Shown here: in pieces, positions 9,505 to 18,876 of the stretch | Layout of the letters: each line of letters opens with the position of its first letter | How positions within the stretch are numbered: position 1 is the first letter of the stretch | Assembly (NCBI GenBank): GCA_965221695.1 | Contig: OZ244905.1 | Location: 64,001-128,000, forward strand | Direction: 5' to 3' | DNA from: Gammaproteobacteria bacterium | GTDB taxonomy: Bacteria > Pseudomonadota > Gammaproteobacteria > Eutrophobiales > Eutrophobiaceae | DNA: 64,000 nucleotides | The notes under the pieces: generated by a model | What the model saw: the letters and a program-made list of their open reading frames with translations, nothing else | Told to the model about the DNA's origin: nothing | The model's database searches: none | Translations under genes and position numbers: made by a program

Positions 9505-11913
9505 TTAAAAGTTAAAGCGTATACTGCCTCCATATTGTCGGTCGCGCGCCCAATAATTTACCCGCTGGCTGACACCGGGTAGAAATATATCATTGAAATG
9601 AAACTCATTCGTGAGGTTTGTGCCGAAAACAGCGAATTCCCACTTGCCATTATCTGTGGTCAGCCCAGCGCGCGCATCCAGCAAGCCCAGCGCATCTTCT
9701 TTTGACAAAGGATTGTTATCGGCGTTGTGGTAGATTTCATCACGCCAAGACCATGTCACCCTGATATCGATGTTGCCGTAAGCTGTCGGCTGTGTATAAC
9801 TACCAGAGATATGCGCGGTCCATTCCGGTGTTTTGCGCAACAGGGCGCCGTCTGCCACGCCGCTGGTTGCGGCTACCAGCGGATCAATGGATTCAATTTT
9901 GGCGTCGGTATAACCTAGACTGGAAGACAGGGTAAATTGAGGATGAGGGATGACAGTTAATTCCGCTTCACCGCCCCATATTTCTGCTGTTGCGGCATTC
10001 AGCAGATACACAGAAAAACCACCTGTAGATGTTGCCTGCACGGTCTGAATCTGCAGGTCTTCATAATCATTATAATACAAAGATGCATTTAGACGCGCTT
10101 GCCGGTTCATAAACTCAGACTTGAAACCGACTTCGTAGGTGGTAACCAGTTCCGGCTCAACTGACGTTGCTATGGCTTCGGGAGCGCCACCGCGACCATT
10201 GAAAGTGCCGCTTCGGAAACCTTCGCTGAATGATACATACAATAACAGGTCGTCGGACGGTTGGAATTCAATACCGACTTTCGGTGAAAAATCAGTCCAG
10301 TTGTCGCTGAAAGTCTGCGGCGGCACAGAGAAAAATGGAAATTTCAGGACAGCTGAGGAATCTGGTAACAATTGGGACCGGTCTAAATCCTTACTCTCAT
10401 GTGTGAGACGAAAACCGGCAGTTACACTCCATTGCTCGGACAAGCGGTAGGTGCCTTGACTATAAAAAGCGATATTTTCAACATCAATTTGATTATATGT
10501 CACTATATTGTTATCTAGAATCAGGTTGAACGGGTTACCGGCGCCACCAGCACAGATGTTGGGAGGAAAAGTGCCGGGACAGACTGAACCGGGCGCTACG
10601 GGAAAAACCGGGGCAGGAAACGCTTCCAAAGCCTGCACCAGTCCGGGGAGAATTTGCACAATGTTATTGCTGGTTACTTTCTCAGTAAAGTAATATACAC
10701 CAGTGACCCAAGTCAGCTTTTCGAACTCGCCATTCAGTTGAATTTCCTGGCTGAACTGCCACTGGTCGAGTTGTTCATCTGTGGAAGCCACCTCTAGAAA
10801 ATACCCGTCGTTATCATCAATAAAATGCATATCCATATCACGATAGGCAGTAATTGACTTGATAGCGCCCCAGCTAAAAGCGTCCCAGTCCAGCATTAGA
10901 GATACACCCCATATATCCGCATTATCTCTGCTTGGGCCATTTTTTGATGATTCAGCGCTGTCTTCAGGGAAAAGTGTATTTGGGGTGACAAATGCTGGTG
11001 GTGAGCCAGGCGGGCCACCCGGTATAAAAGAAGGTGGCCCGGGGATAATGCCGAACAGCGCCAGTCCGCTCTGTAGAGCCATCAGACCAGCTCCGGTAAA
11101 TGCTGACGCGTTGCTGGGTGTGCTGTTCTGGTTCTGGTGGTAATAGTCAGCGGTCAGGTTTGCCTCGAATTCATCTGTGAATTGCCATCTAAAAGCGCCG
11201 CGCAGAGTGAGGTTATCATCATTGCCGAAATCGATCTCTGGTTCAATGTTTGAGGTTCCGTATCCGTCCCGGTCCTTGATATTAAACGAGAGGCGGGCGG
11301 CCGCGGTATCACTGATTGCCAGGTTAGCGCTGCCACTGCCTTCCAACCAGTCATCATTGCCGGCTTTGAATTCGAGGAACCCCGTGTTGGAATTAAAAAG
11401 GGGACGTGTTGAAGTCACATTAATAGCGCCACCGATGGTGTTACGCCCGAACAGGGTTCCTTGCGGCCCGCGCAATATTTCAACCTGCTCAATATCAAGC
11501 AGATTTAAAACGCCACCTACGGCGCGGCCAAGATATACGCCATCAATATATGTGCCTACCCCGGGGTCAGCGGTTGGTATGAAATCGAATTGACCGATGC
11601 CGCGAATGAATACCTGTGCATTGTTTGCGGTACCGCCGCTGCGGGAACCGCCCTGAAACCAGAGATTAGGGGTTATTCGATCTATTGACGAAAGATCTTC
11701 AAAAGCAGCAGCCTTGATATCGGTTGCAGAAATAGCCGTCACGGCGACAGGAGTAGCTTGCAGGCTTTCAGCACGTTTACGCGCAGTTACCGTGATCTCT
11801 TCAAGCGTAGCAGTTTGAGCAAAGGCAGTAGGCAAGCTGTAACTAGCTGCAAAAACGCATGCTCCCAAAATGGATACAAGTTGTCGTTGGACTTTTATGA
11901 AACAACCAGGCAT
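9505..11913 (-). CDS. TonB-dependent receptor
   Basis: Signal peptide, LEEITVTARKR, plug motif EILRGPQGTLFGRNTIGGAIN, C-terminal Phe (RFNF). Confidence 0.95.
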   Translation of the reverse strand: MPGCFIKVQRQLVSILGACVFAASYSLPTAFAQTATLEEITVTARKRAESLQATPVAVTAISATDIKAAAFEDLSSIDRITPNLWFQGGSRSGGTANNAQVFIRGIGQFDFIPTADPGVGTYIDGVYLGRAVGGVLNLLDIEQVEILRGPQGTLFGRNTIGGAINVTSTRPLFNSNTGFLEFKAGNDDWLEGSGSANLAISDTAAARLSFNIKDRDGYGTSNIEPEIDFGNDDNLTLRGAFRWQFTDEFEANLTADYYHQNQNSTPSNASAFTGAGLMALQSGLALFGIIPGPPSFIPGGPPGSPPAFVTPNTLFPEDSAESSKNGPSRDNADIWGVSLMLDWDAFSWGAIKSITAYRDMDMHFIDDNDGYFLEVASTDEQLDQWQFSQEIQLNGEFEKLTWVTGVYYFTEKVTSNNIVQILPGLVQALEAFPAPVFPVAPGSVCPGTFPPNICAGGAGNPFNLILDNNIVTYNQIDVENIAFYSQGTYRLSEQWSVTAGFRLTHESKDLDRSQLLPDSSAVLKFPFFSVPPQTFSDNWTDFSPKVGIEFQPSDDLLLYVSFSEGFRSGTFNGRGGAPEAIATSVEPELVTTYEVGFKSEFMNRQARLNASLYYNDYEDLQIQTVQATSTGGFSVYLLNAATAEIWGGEAELTVIPHPQFTLSSSLGYTDAKIESIDPLVAATSGVADGALLRKTPEWTAHISGSYTQPTAYGNIDIRVTWSWRDEIYHNADNNPLSKEDALGLLDARAGLTTDNGKWEFAVFGTNLTNEFHFNDIFLPGVSQRVNYWARDRQYGGSIRFNF

Positions 11914-11944
11914 AGGTTTTCTCCAATCAGATAGACCGTATTAA

Positions 11945-12099
11945 GAAAGCTCTTAACAAGCCCATCCAGGACTTGGAAGAGCACGTAAAACAATAAAGCT
12001 TTTTTTGTTTTACTCATAAAATCAATGATATAAAGTCATTGATTACGACGGTACATCCCTGCGTCGTTGAACCCTCTAAGACTTAATCTCAGAGGGATC
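11945..12099 (-). mobile_element. Degenerate full-length MITE copy (reverse orientation)
   Basis: All five hairpins recognisable in reverse complement; flanked by TTAA at 11941-11944 and 12100-12103. Confidence 0.8.
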
Positions 12100-12212
12100 T
12101 TAAATCTATTAAAACTCTTGTATAAATGTGTTTGATATGTAAATATTACAACATTGTATGATAATAATATCCTACATTATAACCTAATTTTATCTTAAAC
12201 GAGGAGTGTGAG

Positions 12213-12524
12213 ATGGTTTGGTATCATTTCATTGCCTATTTTTTTGCCGGCGTTTTTCTTACTAACGGCATCCCCCATTATGTGTTGGGTTCATGCGGCA
12301 GAAAGTTCCCGACGCCATTCGCCAATCCACCCGGAAAAGGCGAGTCATCGGCGATGGCAAACGCGATGTGGGGCCTGGCAAATTTTGCCACGGGGTATCT
12401 TTTACTCCAGGTTGGCCACTTTTCCAGCGGGTTTACCGGCGCTATGCTGGCATTTGTCCTAGGAATATTCTTAATGAGTATTATGCTGGCTAAACACTTC
12501 AGTAGCATATATTCGGTTGACTGA
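12213..12524 (+). CDS. Small three-TM membrane protein of unknown function
   Basis: 103 aa, hydrophobic, NGIPH...FPTPFANPPG motif; RBS GAGGAG upstream. Confidence 0.75.
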   Translation: MVWYHFIAYFFAGVFLTNGIPHYVLGSCGRKFPTPFANPPGKGESSAMANAMWGLANFATGYLLLQVGHFSSGFTGAMLAFVLGIFLMSIMLAKHFSSIYSVD

Positions 12525-12581
12525 TCGCTGCGTAGGGCCGATGCTGTTGGTCGCTGTCAGTAGAACCTGTTATTCAGCAGG

Positions 12582-13238
12582 TTAATATCCGGTTTTACGC
12601 AACAACTCGGCTGAGCTGCGCAAGTGTTTTCGCATATTTTTTTCTGCTTTGTCAGGATCGCCGCTGCATATAGCGGCAAAGATGTCTTCGTGCTGCGTTA
12701 CAGATTCATGGGTTACACCTTTTAACAGGTGTCTGAATTGCAAGTGATATAGAGGGATTCGTAATTGCGCTATGAGGTTGTTAAGCTGCAGGTTGCCGGC
12801 TATCTGAATAATTGTATCGTGAAAAATCTCATTAGCTTCGGAATATTCCGACAAGTCAGGGGAATGCTGACTTTGTATCGTGTGCTTTAACGCTTTTTTC
12901 AAGCTTTTCAGATTACCAGGTAGGTTGATGTTTTGCGCAGCTAGACGCGCGGCCAATCCTTCCAGCATTTCTCTGATCGCAAAAATGCCAAGAGCTTCTT
13001 CTTTGCTGAGGCGCTTGATGGTAACGCCATAATTTGGCCTGATCTCAACGATGCCTTCACCGGATAAACGCCACATAGCCTCTCTTAATGGACCACGACT
13101 GACATTCAATGATTTTGTCAGGTCGGCCTCCACCAGTCGCTGACCGGGGACATATCTCCCTTCTTTGATACCGGTTTTGACTTCCTTGAGCACCGTTTCA
13201 ACAGCAGTCGCTTTTCTGTCGGATTCTAGCTGTTCCAT
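12582..13238 (-). CDS. GntR/FadR family transcriptional regulator
   Basis: PGQRLVE..L...LNVSRGPLREA HTH and FCD domain (FHDTI, QHEDI, MRKH). Confidence 0.93.
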   Translation of the reverse strand: MEQLESDRKATAVETVLKEVKTGIKEGRYVPGQRLVEADLTKSLNVSRGPLREAMWRLSGEGIVEIRPNYGVTIKRLSKEEALGIFAIREMLEGLAARLAAQNINLPGNLKSLKKALKHTIQSQHSPDLSEYSEANEIFHDTIIQIAGNLQLNNLIAQLRIPLYHLQFRHLLKGVTHESVTQHEDIFAAICSGDPDKAEKNMRKHLRSSAELLRKTGY

Positions 13239-13392
13239 TGTCGGTTAATATGCCAGAAAAAGAGCAATAATCCAAATATCTTGTTGATGATAATATATCT
13301 GAATTTAAATGGACGGGCAACGATTAAGCACACGTGTAAGGACAGGGAAACAGACACAAAGCAAAACGAATGCTGATATTTTATATACGACA

Positions 13393-13409
13393 ATATTGTA
13401 ATACAATAT
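13393..13409. promoter_or_regulatory. Candidate GntR/FadR operator palindrome
   Basis: Perfect palindrome ATATTGTA-A-TACAATAT in the divergent gntR/operon intergenic region; TTGT-N-ACAA core is typical of GntR operators. Confidence 0.55.
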
Positions 13410-13455
13410 AACCTGATACAATTTACCAATCAACAATTGACAGTAACAACTTCAC

Positions 13456-14286
13456 ATGATGATTTCACATCCGGATACGGCTGAAAAACGTCAGGGATCT
13501 GCGCACAGACCTGGAGGTATCAGTTTTATTTCGCATCTCAAAGGAAACACAAATAAGCCTGACAGTTTCGATTTGATGACAGTATTTACCAACTCGGATT
13601 ATTACACGCCCAGACATCGACACAATTTTGATCAAATCCGGATTATGTTAAAGGGCAGTTTTCAGTGGAACCCCAGGTTTATTCAGAAAGAAGGCATGGT
13701 GGGCTATTTCACTGAAGGCACCATGTATACGCAACAAGGGGTGGATGACAGCGCCACGCTTTTATTACAAGTGGGGGGTGCGTCAGGCGAAGGCTATATG
13801 AATTATGAACAGATGCAGGCCGGCATCCGGGAGCTTCAACAACACGGCCAGTTTAATAAGGGTATATACGAAGGTCGGGAGGCATCGGGAGAGCCTATCA
13901 AGCGCGATGGTTATGAAGCTATATGGGAGTGCGTGTTTGGCCGCAAAATCAGCTATGCTAAACCCCGCTACCAGGCGCCCATAATGCTCTGGCCGGACCG
14001 GTTCAGTTGGACCTCAACAATAAACAAAGGTGTGTATAGGAAAAGTCTTGGGATTTTCAACGAGCGTGGTCTGGCGCTTGACCAATTACGTCTTGACGCT
14101 GCTTCTGGCTTTATAGCCAACGCGGCGGATAAGTCACGTTTACTGTATTTTTTATCCGGTGATGGACGCGCCAACGCGGAGATCTACCAACAAGCCACAA
14201 CCGTGTACCTGGATAAAGGCGAAACCGTTGAGTTGGAAGCAATGACAAACACAGAACTGTATCTATTTGACTTACCAACATTTTAG
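13456..14286 (+). CDS. Cupin-like hypothetical protein
   Basis: PRHRHNFDQIR cupin-type His motif, GYFTEGTMY. Confidence 0.65.
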   Translation: MMISHPDTAEKRQGSAHRPGGISFISHLKGNTNKPDSFDLMTVFTNSDYYTPRHRHNFDQIRIMLKGSFQWNPRFIQKEGMVGYFTEGTMYTQQGVDDSATLLLQVGGASGEGYMNYEQMQAGIRELQQHGQFNKGIYEGREASGEPIKRDGYEAIWECVFGRKISYAKPRYQAPIMLWPDRFSWTSTINKGVYRKSLGIFNERGLALDQLRLDAASGFIANAADKSRLLYFLSGDGRANAEIYQQATTVYLDKGETVELEAMTNTELYLFDLPTF

Positions 14287-14291
14287 GCTCC

Positions 14292-15395
14292 GTGACTATG
14301 AACACAATAGATTCACAGAAACAGCAGAAGAAGTTTGAGCGCGGCCACCGTTTTGTTCCTCAAGGGCTAGAGGGATACGATGAATGCTGGTATCCCGTTT
14401 GTCTGTCTGATGAGGTGTCCAAAGGTGAAGTGAAGGGGTTTGAATATCTGAATGGAAAAGTGATTGTTTTCAGACCAGAGCGCGGCGAGCTGACGGCGAT
14501 GAGTCCTTATTGTCGACACCTAGGTGTCGATTTGAGTCTCGCTACAGTCATGGGAGAGACAATTCGTTGTCCTTATCATCATTGGGAATATGATCAAACC
14601 GGCCAGTGTGTTAAGACTGCCTCGGGCGACACACCACCAAAAAAAGCTAAACTGTTTAATTTTCCTACCGCTGAAAGTAACGGTTTGATCTGGGTCTACA
14701 ACGGCTCGGAGCCAGCTTATGATGTGCCGACATTTCCAGTAGCCGCTGCGGAGCTGGATTTGTTGGTCTGCCGGGCTATTGAAGTCCCCATGGACCCGTT
14801 CATGTTGTATTCAAATACTATGGACTTGCAACACCTGATTACTTTACATGAAGCTAGGTTTGACTCACTGCCGGAAGAATTTGATATCCGCGATCGAACT
14901 ATTTCTTACACCCAGGGTATGACGATGCCTCGGATTGGTTATGCCCGCCAGGAAGTAACATTGTTCGGCACTAACTGTGTCCGTCTTTGCAGTAAGATAA
15001 AGGGCAGACAAACATTCATGATGTCGGCAGGTCTCGCGGTAATCGGCCCTCTCACCAAAACATTCAATATGACAGCAACCCTGAAAACCGAAAGCAAGTT
15101 GTCAGATAGACAACCCTCAAACCGCCAGCTCGACCGGGTTTTAAACAGACTGCATATCAGGATGGTGGACGCATTCGGCAAAAAACTGAATAAGGAAGAC
15201 GATCCGGTATTTCGCAGCATCAGTCCCAGGCTGGATAACCTGACATCTTCAGACAAGGCGCTGAGTATTTACTTCGATTATGCTCGAAACTATCCCCGTT
15301 CAAATATTGCCGAGGACCTGATCTGTAACGACTATATTGCCGGCGCGCCAAAGAAACGAGCTGCAATTGACAGTTTGAAAAGACATCCGCTTTAA
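14292..15395 (+). CDS. Rieske non-heme iron oxygenase, alpha subunit
   Basis: CRHLG...CPYHHW Rieske ligands; N..D..H...LH mononuclear iron motif. Confidence 0.9.
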   Translation: MTMNTIDSQKQQKKFERGHRFVPQGLEGYDECWYPVCLSDEVSKGEVKGFEYLNGKVIVFRPERGELTAMSPYCRHLGVDLSLATVMGETIRCPYHHWEYDQTGQCVKTASGDTPPKKAKLFNFPTAESNGLIWVYNGSEPAYDVPTFPVAAAELDLLVCRAIEVPMDPFMLYSNTMDLQHLITLHEARFDSLPEEFDIRDRTISYTQGMTMPRIGYARQEVTLFGTNCVRLCSKIKGRQTFMMSAGLAVIGPLTKTFNMTATLKTESKLSDRQPSNRQLDRVLNRLHIRMVDAFGKKLNKEDDPVFRSISPRLDNLTSSDKALSIYFDYARNYPRSNIAEDLICNDYIAGAPKKRAAIDSLKRHPL

Positions 15396-15423
15396 CGACT
15401 GTACGGATACGGCTTAGCCGAGG

Positions 15424-17049
15424 ATGATAATCCGTTCTAAACTCGCTGTTTTTGACAGGCTCCGTGTCGCGTTGAAAAATATCGTTGGCAGCGATAATGT
15501 GATCAATGAGGGCGCGCTGATTGAAATCTATTCGATGGATTTCAGCGAGCAAAACAAAGGCAAAGCCGGTCTTATCATAAAACCACAAGAAACGGGGCAG
15601 GTGCCGGAGATAATGCGGCTGATCAATACCGCGGCGATACCTGTCAGTGTCCGTGGCGGCGGTATGTCATACACGCAGGGTCATGTGCCTGAATATGACG
15701 GCAGCATTATACTTGACACCAGCGCATTGAATCGTATCGTTGAAATTAATACGGTGGATATGTATATCACTGTGGAGACCGGTATAACCTGGAAAGAGTT
15801 GTACCATGCTTTGGATGGCACAGGCTATCACCTGCGTTTTGGCGGGACCATGTCCGGTGAGAGAGCTACTGTAGGAGGCGCAATAGGCAATAATGCGACT
15901 GCGGTTAAACGTGGAGAAGTTGTTGATAACCTTATCGGACTGGAAGTGGTATTGATGGATGGTAGTTTAATACAGACCGGGAGTCGGGCGGCCGGCCGGC
16001 CGGTGCAACCCATGCAGAATTATGGGCCTGATCTCACCGGATTGTTTGTTCATGATGCCGGTATCATGGGTGTAAAAACCAAGGCGACTTTTCGCATCGA
16101 ACGCCAGCCAATGGGCGTTTGCTACGCCACGTTTGGTTTTCAGGATACACATCGACTGATAGAAGCCATGTGCCAGATATCTCGGCTGGATGTGGTGAGT
16201 GATCACGCCGCGTTTTCAGAATATCACAATAAGATGTTTGCCAGTGAGCCTCCTCCGACTCGTGAGGAAATGCTCAAAATGTCCAAGGCAGTGCTTCGTG
16301 TTGCCCCGACGCACCTTCAGGGCTGGATAAACTTGATGAGATTGACACGCCCCGGCGGGATGAAATTTCTCAAAGACTGGAAACATTCATTGCACCTGAT
16401 CGTAGATGCAAACGACCAGGTCATTGCTCGACGAAATATGCGTGAGGTTCGTAAAGTTGCTATTTCTCTTGGAGGAAAACCATTGCCAGCGGTTCTTACG
16501 ATTGCACTGCGCGCCATGCCGTTTTATCCAGTTGAGCGGTTAATTGTAGGCGCTTATCGCGAAAACAACACCTTTCCAAGCAATCGTATCACTTCGTTGA
16601 GTCGCGCCCACGAATTATACGATTGCGCGCTGGCATTTTTTGCCGAAAATAAAGACTTCATGCAACAACACGGATTGCGACACACGATAATCTTCATGTG
16701 TGTACATAATAACAATTTCGGGATCGAACCCATTATCTTCTGGCGTGATTCCATGAGCCCGTTACGCTCGGCGATACTGACCTCAACTCGTAGGGACGAA
16801 TTAATGGCTATAGAGGATGATCCGGAAACCCGCGCGGCAGCCATAGATCTGCGCGCCCGTCTCAGAGACCGTCTGAGCTCCAGAATACCCGGCGCTCATT
16901 ATCAGATTGGGAAATATTATCATTACATGCAGGACTTAAGGGATGAGCGCTGTCGCAACAGCATCATACAAATGAAAAAAACATTGGATCCAAAGGGTCT
17001 GTTAAACCCGGGTGGTCTCGGGATTGAAATAATCGATTGGAAGCAGTAA
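15424..17049 (+). CDS. FAD-binding oxidoreductase (VAO/PCMH, GlcD-like)
   Basis: RGGGMSYTQG, ATVGG, YGPDLTGLF, C-terminal LDPKGLLNPG. Confidence 0.9.
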   Translation: MIIRSKLAVFDRLRVALKNIVGSDNVINEGALIEIYSMDFSEQNKGKAGLIIKPQETGQVPEIMRLINTAAIPVSVRGGGMSYTQGHVPEYDGSIILDTSALNRIVEINTVDMYITVETGITWKELYHALDGTGYHLRFGGTMSGERATVGGAIGNNATAVKRGEVVDNLIGLEVVLMDGSLIQTGSRAAGRPVQPMQNYGPDLTGLFVHDAGIMGVKTKATFRIERQPMGVCYATFGFQDTHRLIEAMCQISRLDVVSDHAAFSEYHNKMFASEPPPTREEMLKMSKAVLRVAPTHLQGWINLMRLTRPGGMKFLKDWKHSLHLIVDANDQVIARRNMREVRKVAISLGGKPLPAVLTIALRAMPFYPVERLIVGAYRENNTFPSNRITSLSRAHELYDCALAFFAENKDFMQQHGLRHTIIFMCVHNNNFGIEPIIFWRDSMSPLRSAILTSTRRDELMAIEDDPETRAAAIDLRARLRDRLSSRIPGAHYQIGKYYHYMQDLRDERCRNSIIQMKKTLDPKGLLNPGGLGIEIIDWKQ

Positions 17050-17190
17050 ACAAAACGCATAGCATCTGGTAGGCCCAGTAAGCAGCAGGTAGCGAAGCTT
17101 GCTGTAGACGGGCTGGCGCTCGCGCTTCCCGATGGATTACGAGACCACTCGAAAAGTGTTCACGTTCAACCAGAAGCCACAATCAAACTG

Positions 17191-17886
17191 TTATGTTCCT
17201 TTTTCAATTGTAAAAGAAATACTGTAGCGTCTGGATTGGCTATCCAGTAAAGGTTCGACTGAATGCGGCAAGTATTGGGGAAAAAGGATTAACACTGATT
17301 CACGTGGTGAGATCACTTTGAGAGCTTCATAATAACGTGATTCGGGAGGTTTGATTACTTGTCTTTTTACGATATAACTGGGATCGTAGATAACAAGCTC
17401 TCCTCCTACTCCTGTTTCCTTGAAAATTAACTGGGGATTGAAGTCATCAAGATTTTCTTTCGTGCTTTGACCTGAGGCAGGAAGAGAAACAGGGTAGTAG
17501 ACTCCGGTAGCAATTACCATTCCTGAACCATGAATATGGTACATGGAATGCCCGGTGTTAGTTGAGATGCAATTGGCCCAGAGCCCTGCACATTTTACGG
17601 ACGAGACATCGGTAAATTTAATTTGAGCCAGGTAGGTTGCGGCGCTTGTTTCGATATGTTGTTTAAGTTCTAAAAAAGAATCATATTTATTTTCCAGGTC
17701 GGCTGCCGATTGCCAGGCGGACACAAAGCTTCTTGATGCAGAAGAGTTATTTTCTTCCATTTCAATATGAATATCGCGCATCAACCTGCGATTCAACTCT
17801 CTTGCGCTTTCTCCAAAATTGTCAATGACAATCGGAACCGGAAATAAGTCAGCGCAATTTATATTATGTTTTATATTCTTAGCCAT
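17191..17886 (-). CDS. Putative 2OG-Fe(II) oxygenase
   Basis: LFP.PI, LWAN, YHIH, GVYY, FPQYLPHSV, RYSISF; ATG 17886 preferred over the track's 18108 start. Confidence 0.8.
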   Translation of the reverse strand: MAKNIKHNINCADLFPVPIVIDNFGESARELNRRLMRDIHIEMEENNSSASRSFVSAWQSAADLENKYDSFLELKQHIETSAATYLAQIKFTDVSSVKCAGLWANCISTNTGHSMYHIHGSGMVIATGVYYPVSLPASGQSTKENLDDFNPQLIFKETGVGGELVIYDPSYIVKRQVIKPPESRYYEALKVISPRESVLILFPQYLPHSVEPLLDSQSRRYSISFTIEKGT

Positions 17887-17932
17887 CCTGTTCGATTTTA
17901 TTGGCCGTACTTGACATACATATTTTTCACCA

Positions 17933-18847
17933 TCAGGAATAAGCCGCAATAAATGTCGGCCACGGGACAAGTCCCGCATCCTTTGGCGTCTTTCCTGACC
18001 AAAGATATGGCGCCTTAGCGTGTTGTCGCGGGGGTATTTGTGTCGCGCCCGTTGTTTTAATTGCCAGTTCAACGGCGAATGAATTTGCGGCATGTTGCTT
18101 AATTCCATGACTCACATTGGTATCTACAAGATTTACCTGCGAAATAAACACAATGTGTTCTACTCCTGCATCCAGGCATTTCTCCGGTACTGAACAACAG
18201 GTTGCCCGGTAATCAAGATAGCCTTTTTCGGTAACAGCCGTAGGAGCGCCACTGGTGTAAACCACTTCTCCATTCCAATCACTTACCAGGACAAATATGA
18301 TGCTGTCTGCGGGCGCGCCTCCCCCCGCTAAGGAAAAAGGATTCCAACTGATATCAAGTGTATTGTTTGCGTCAATTGCATTGAGGTCAGTCACTGGCCG
18401 ATTGCTTTGAGAGAGAACAACAGGGCCGGGAACAGGTATCTGAGTTTGTTGTTGCAACCCTCCGATGCTGATAGGCTCAAGCATTCGAGATCTGGCGGAT
18501 CCCATAATTTTCCAGGTATATCGGGTATCGGGCGGGTGTGCTGTCTCCAATGAAGCCAGGTCATCATAAGACTTGGACTTCCTGGTATAATATGCTCCAT
18601 TGCTAAAAGCTCTTGGATCTTCTTCCCGGTAGCAGGCCAACGGAACTTCAGCGTGCTGCTTGTACAAGATTGCTTCAACGCCTTCCACCTGTGCTGTTTC
18701 CTGGTAAATCGTCTCCGCCAGGAAATGATAATCGGTTGGATATATCAATCCCCGGTGGTCTTGCCTGTAAGTAACATATTTTTCCACCCAGGTTATATCT
18801 ATCCCTGGTCTGACTGTTGTATTCAAGTCGTTGGCTGCGGACATCAA
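17933..18847 (-). CDS. Hypothetical protein
   Basis: 304-aa ORF in operon order between sulfotransferase and oxygenase; no recognised motif. Confidence 0.65.
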   Translation of the reverse strand: MMSAANDLNTTVRPGIDITWVEKYVTYRQDHRGLIYPTDYHFLAETIYQETAQVEGVEAILYKQHAEVPLACYREEDPRAFSNGAYYTRKSKSYDDLASLETAHPPDTRYTWKIMGSARSRMLEPISIGGLQQQTQIPVPGPVVLSQSNRPVTDLNAIDANNTLDISWNPFSLAGGGAPADSIIFVLVSDWNGEVVYTSGAPTAVTEKGYLDYRATCCSVPEKCLDAGVEHIVFISQVNLVDTNVSHGIKQHAANSFAVELAIKTTGATQIPPRQHAKAPYLWSGKTPKDAGLVPWPTFIAAYS

Positions 18848-18876
18848 GATAGAATTTCAGTTGCATTCCGTGTGTA

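Noticed and set aside
17887-18108. N-terminal extension of the 2OG oxygenase ORF to 18108
   Set aside because: It overlaps the upstream gene in another frame; family-like sequence starts at ATG 17886
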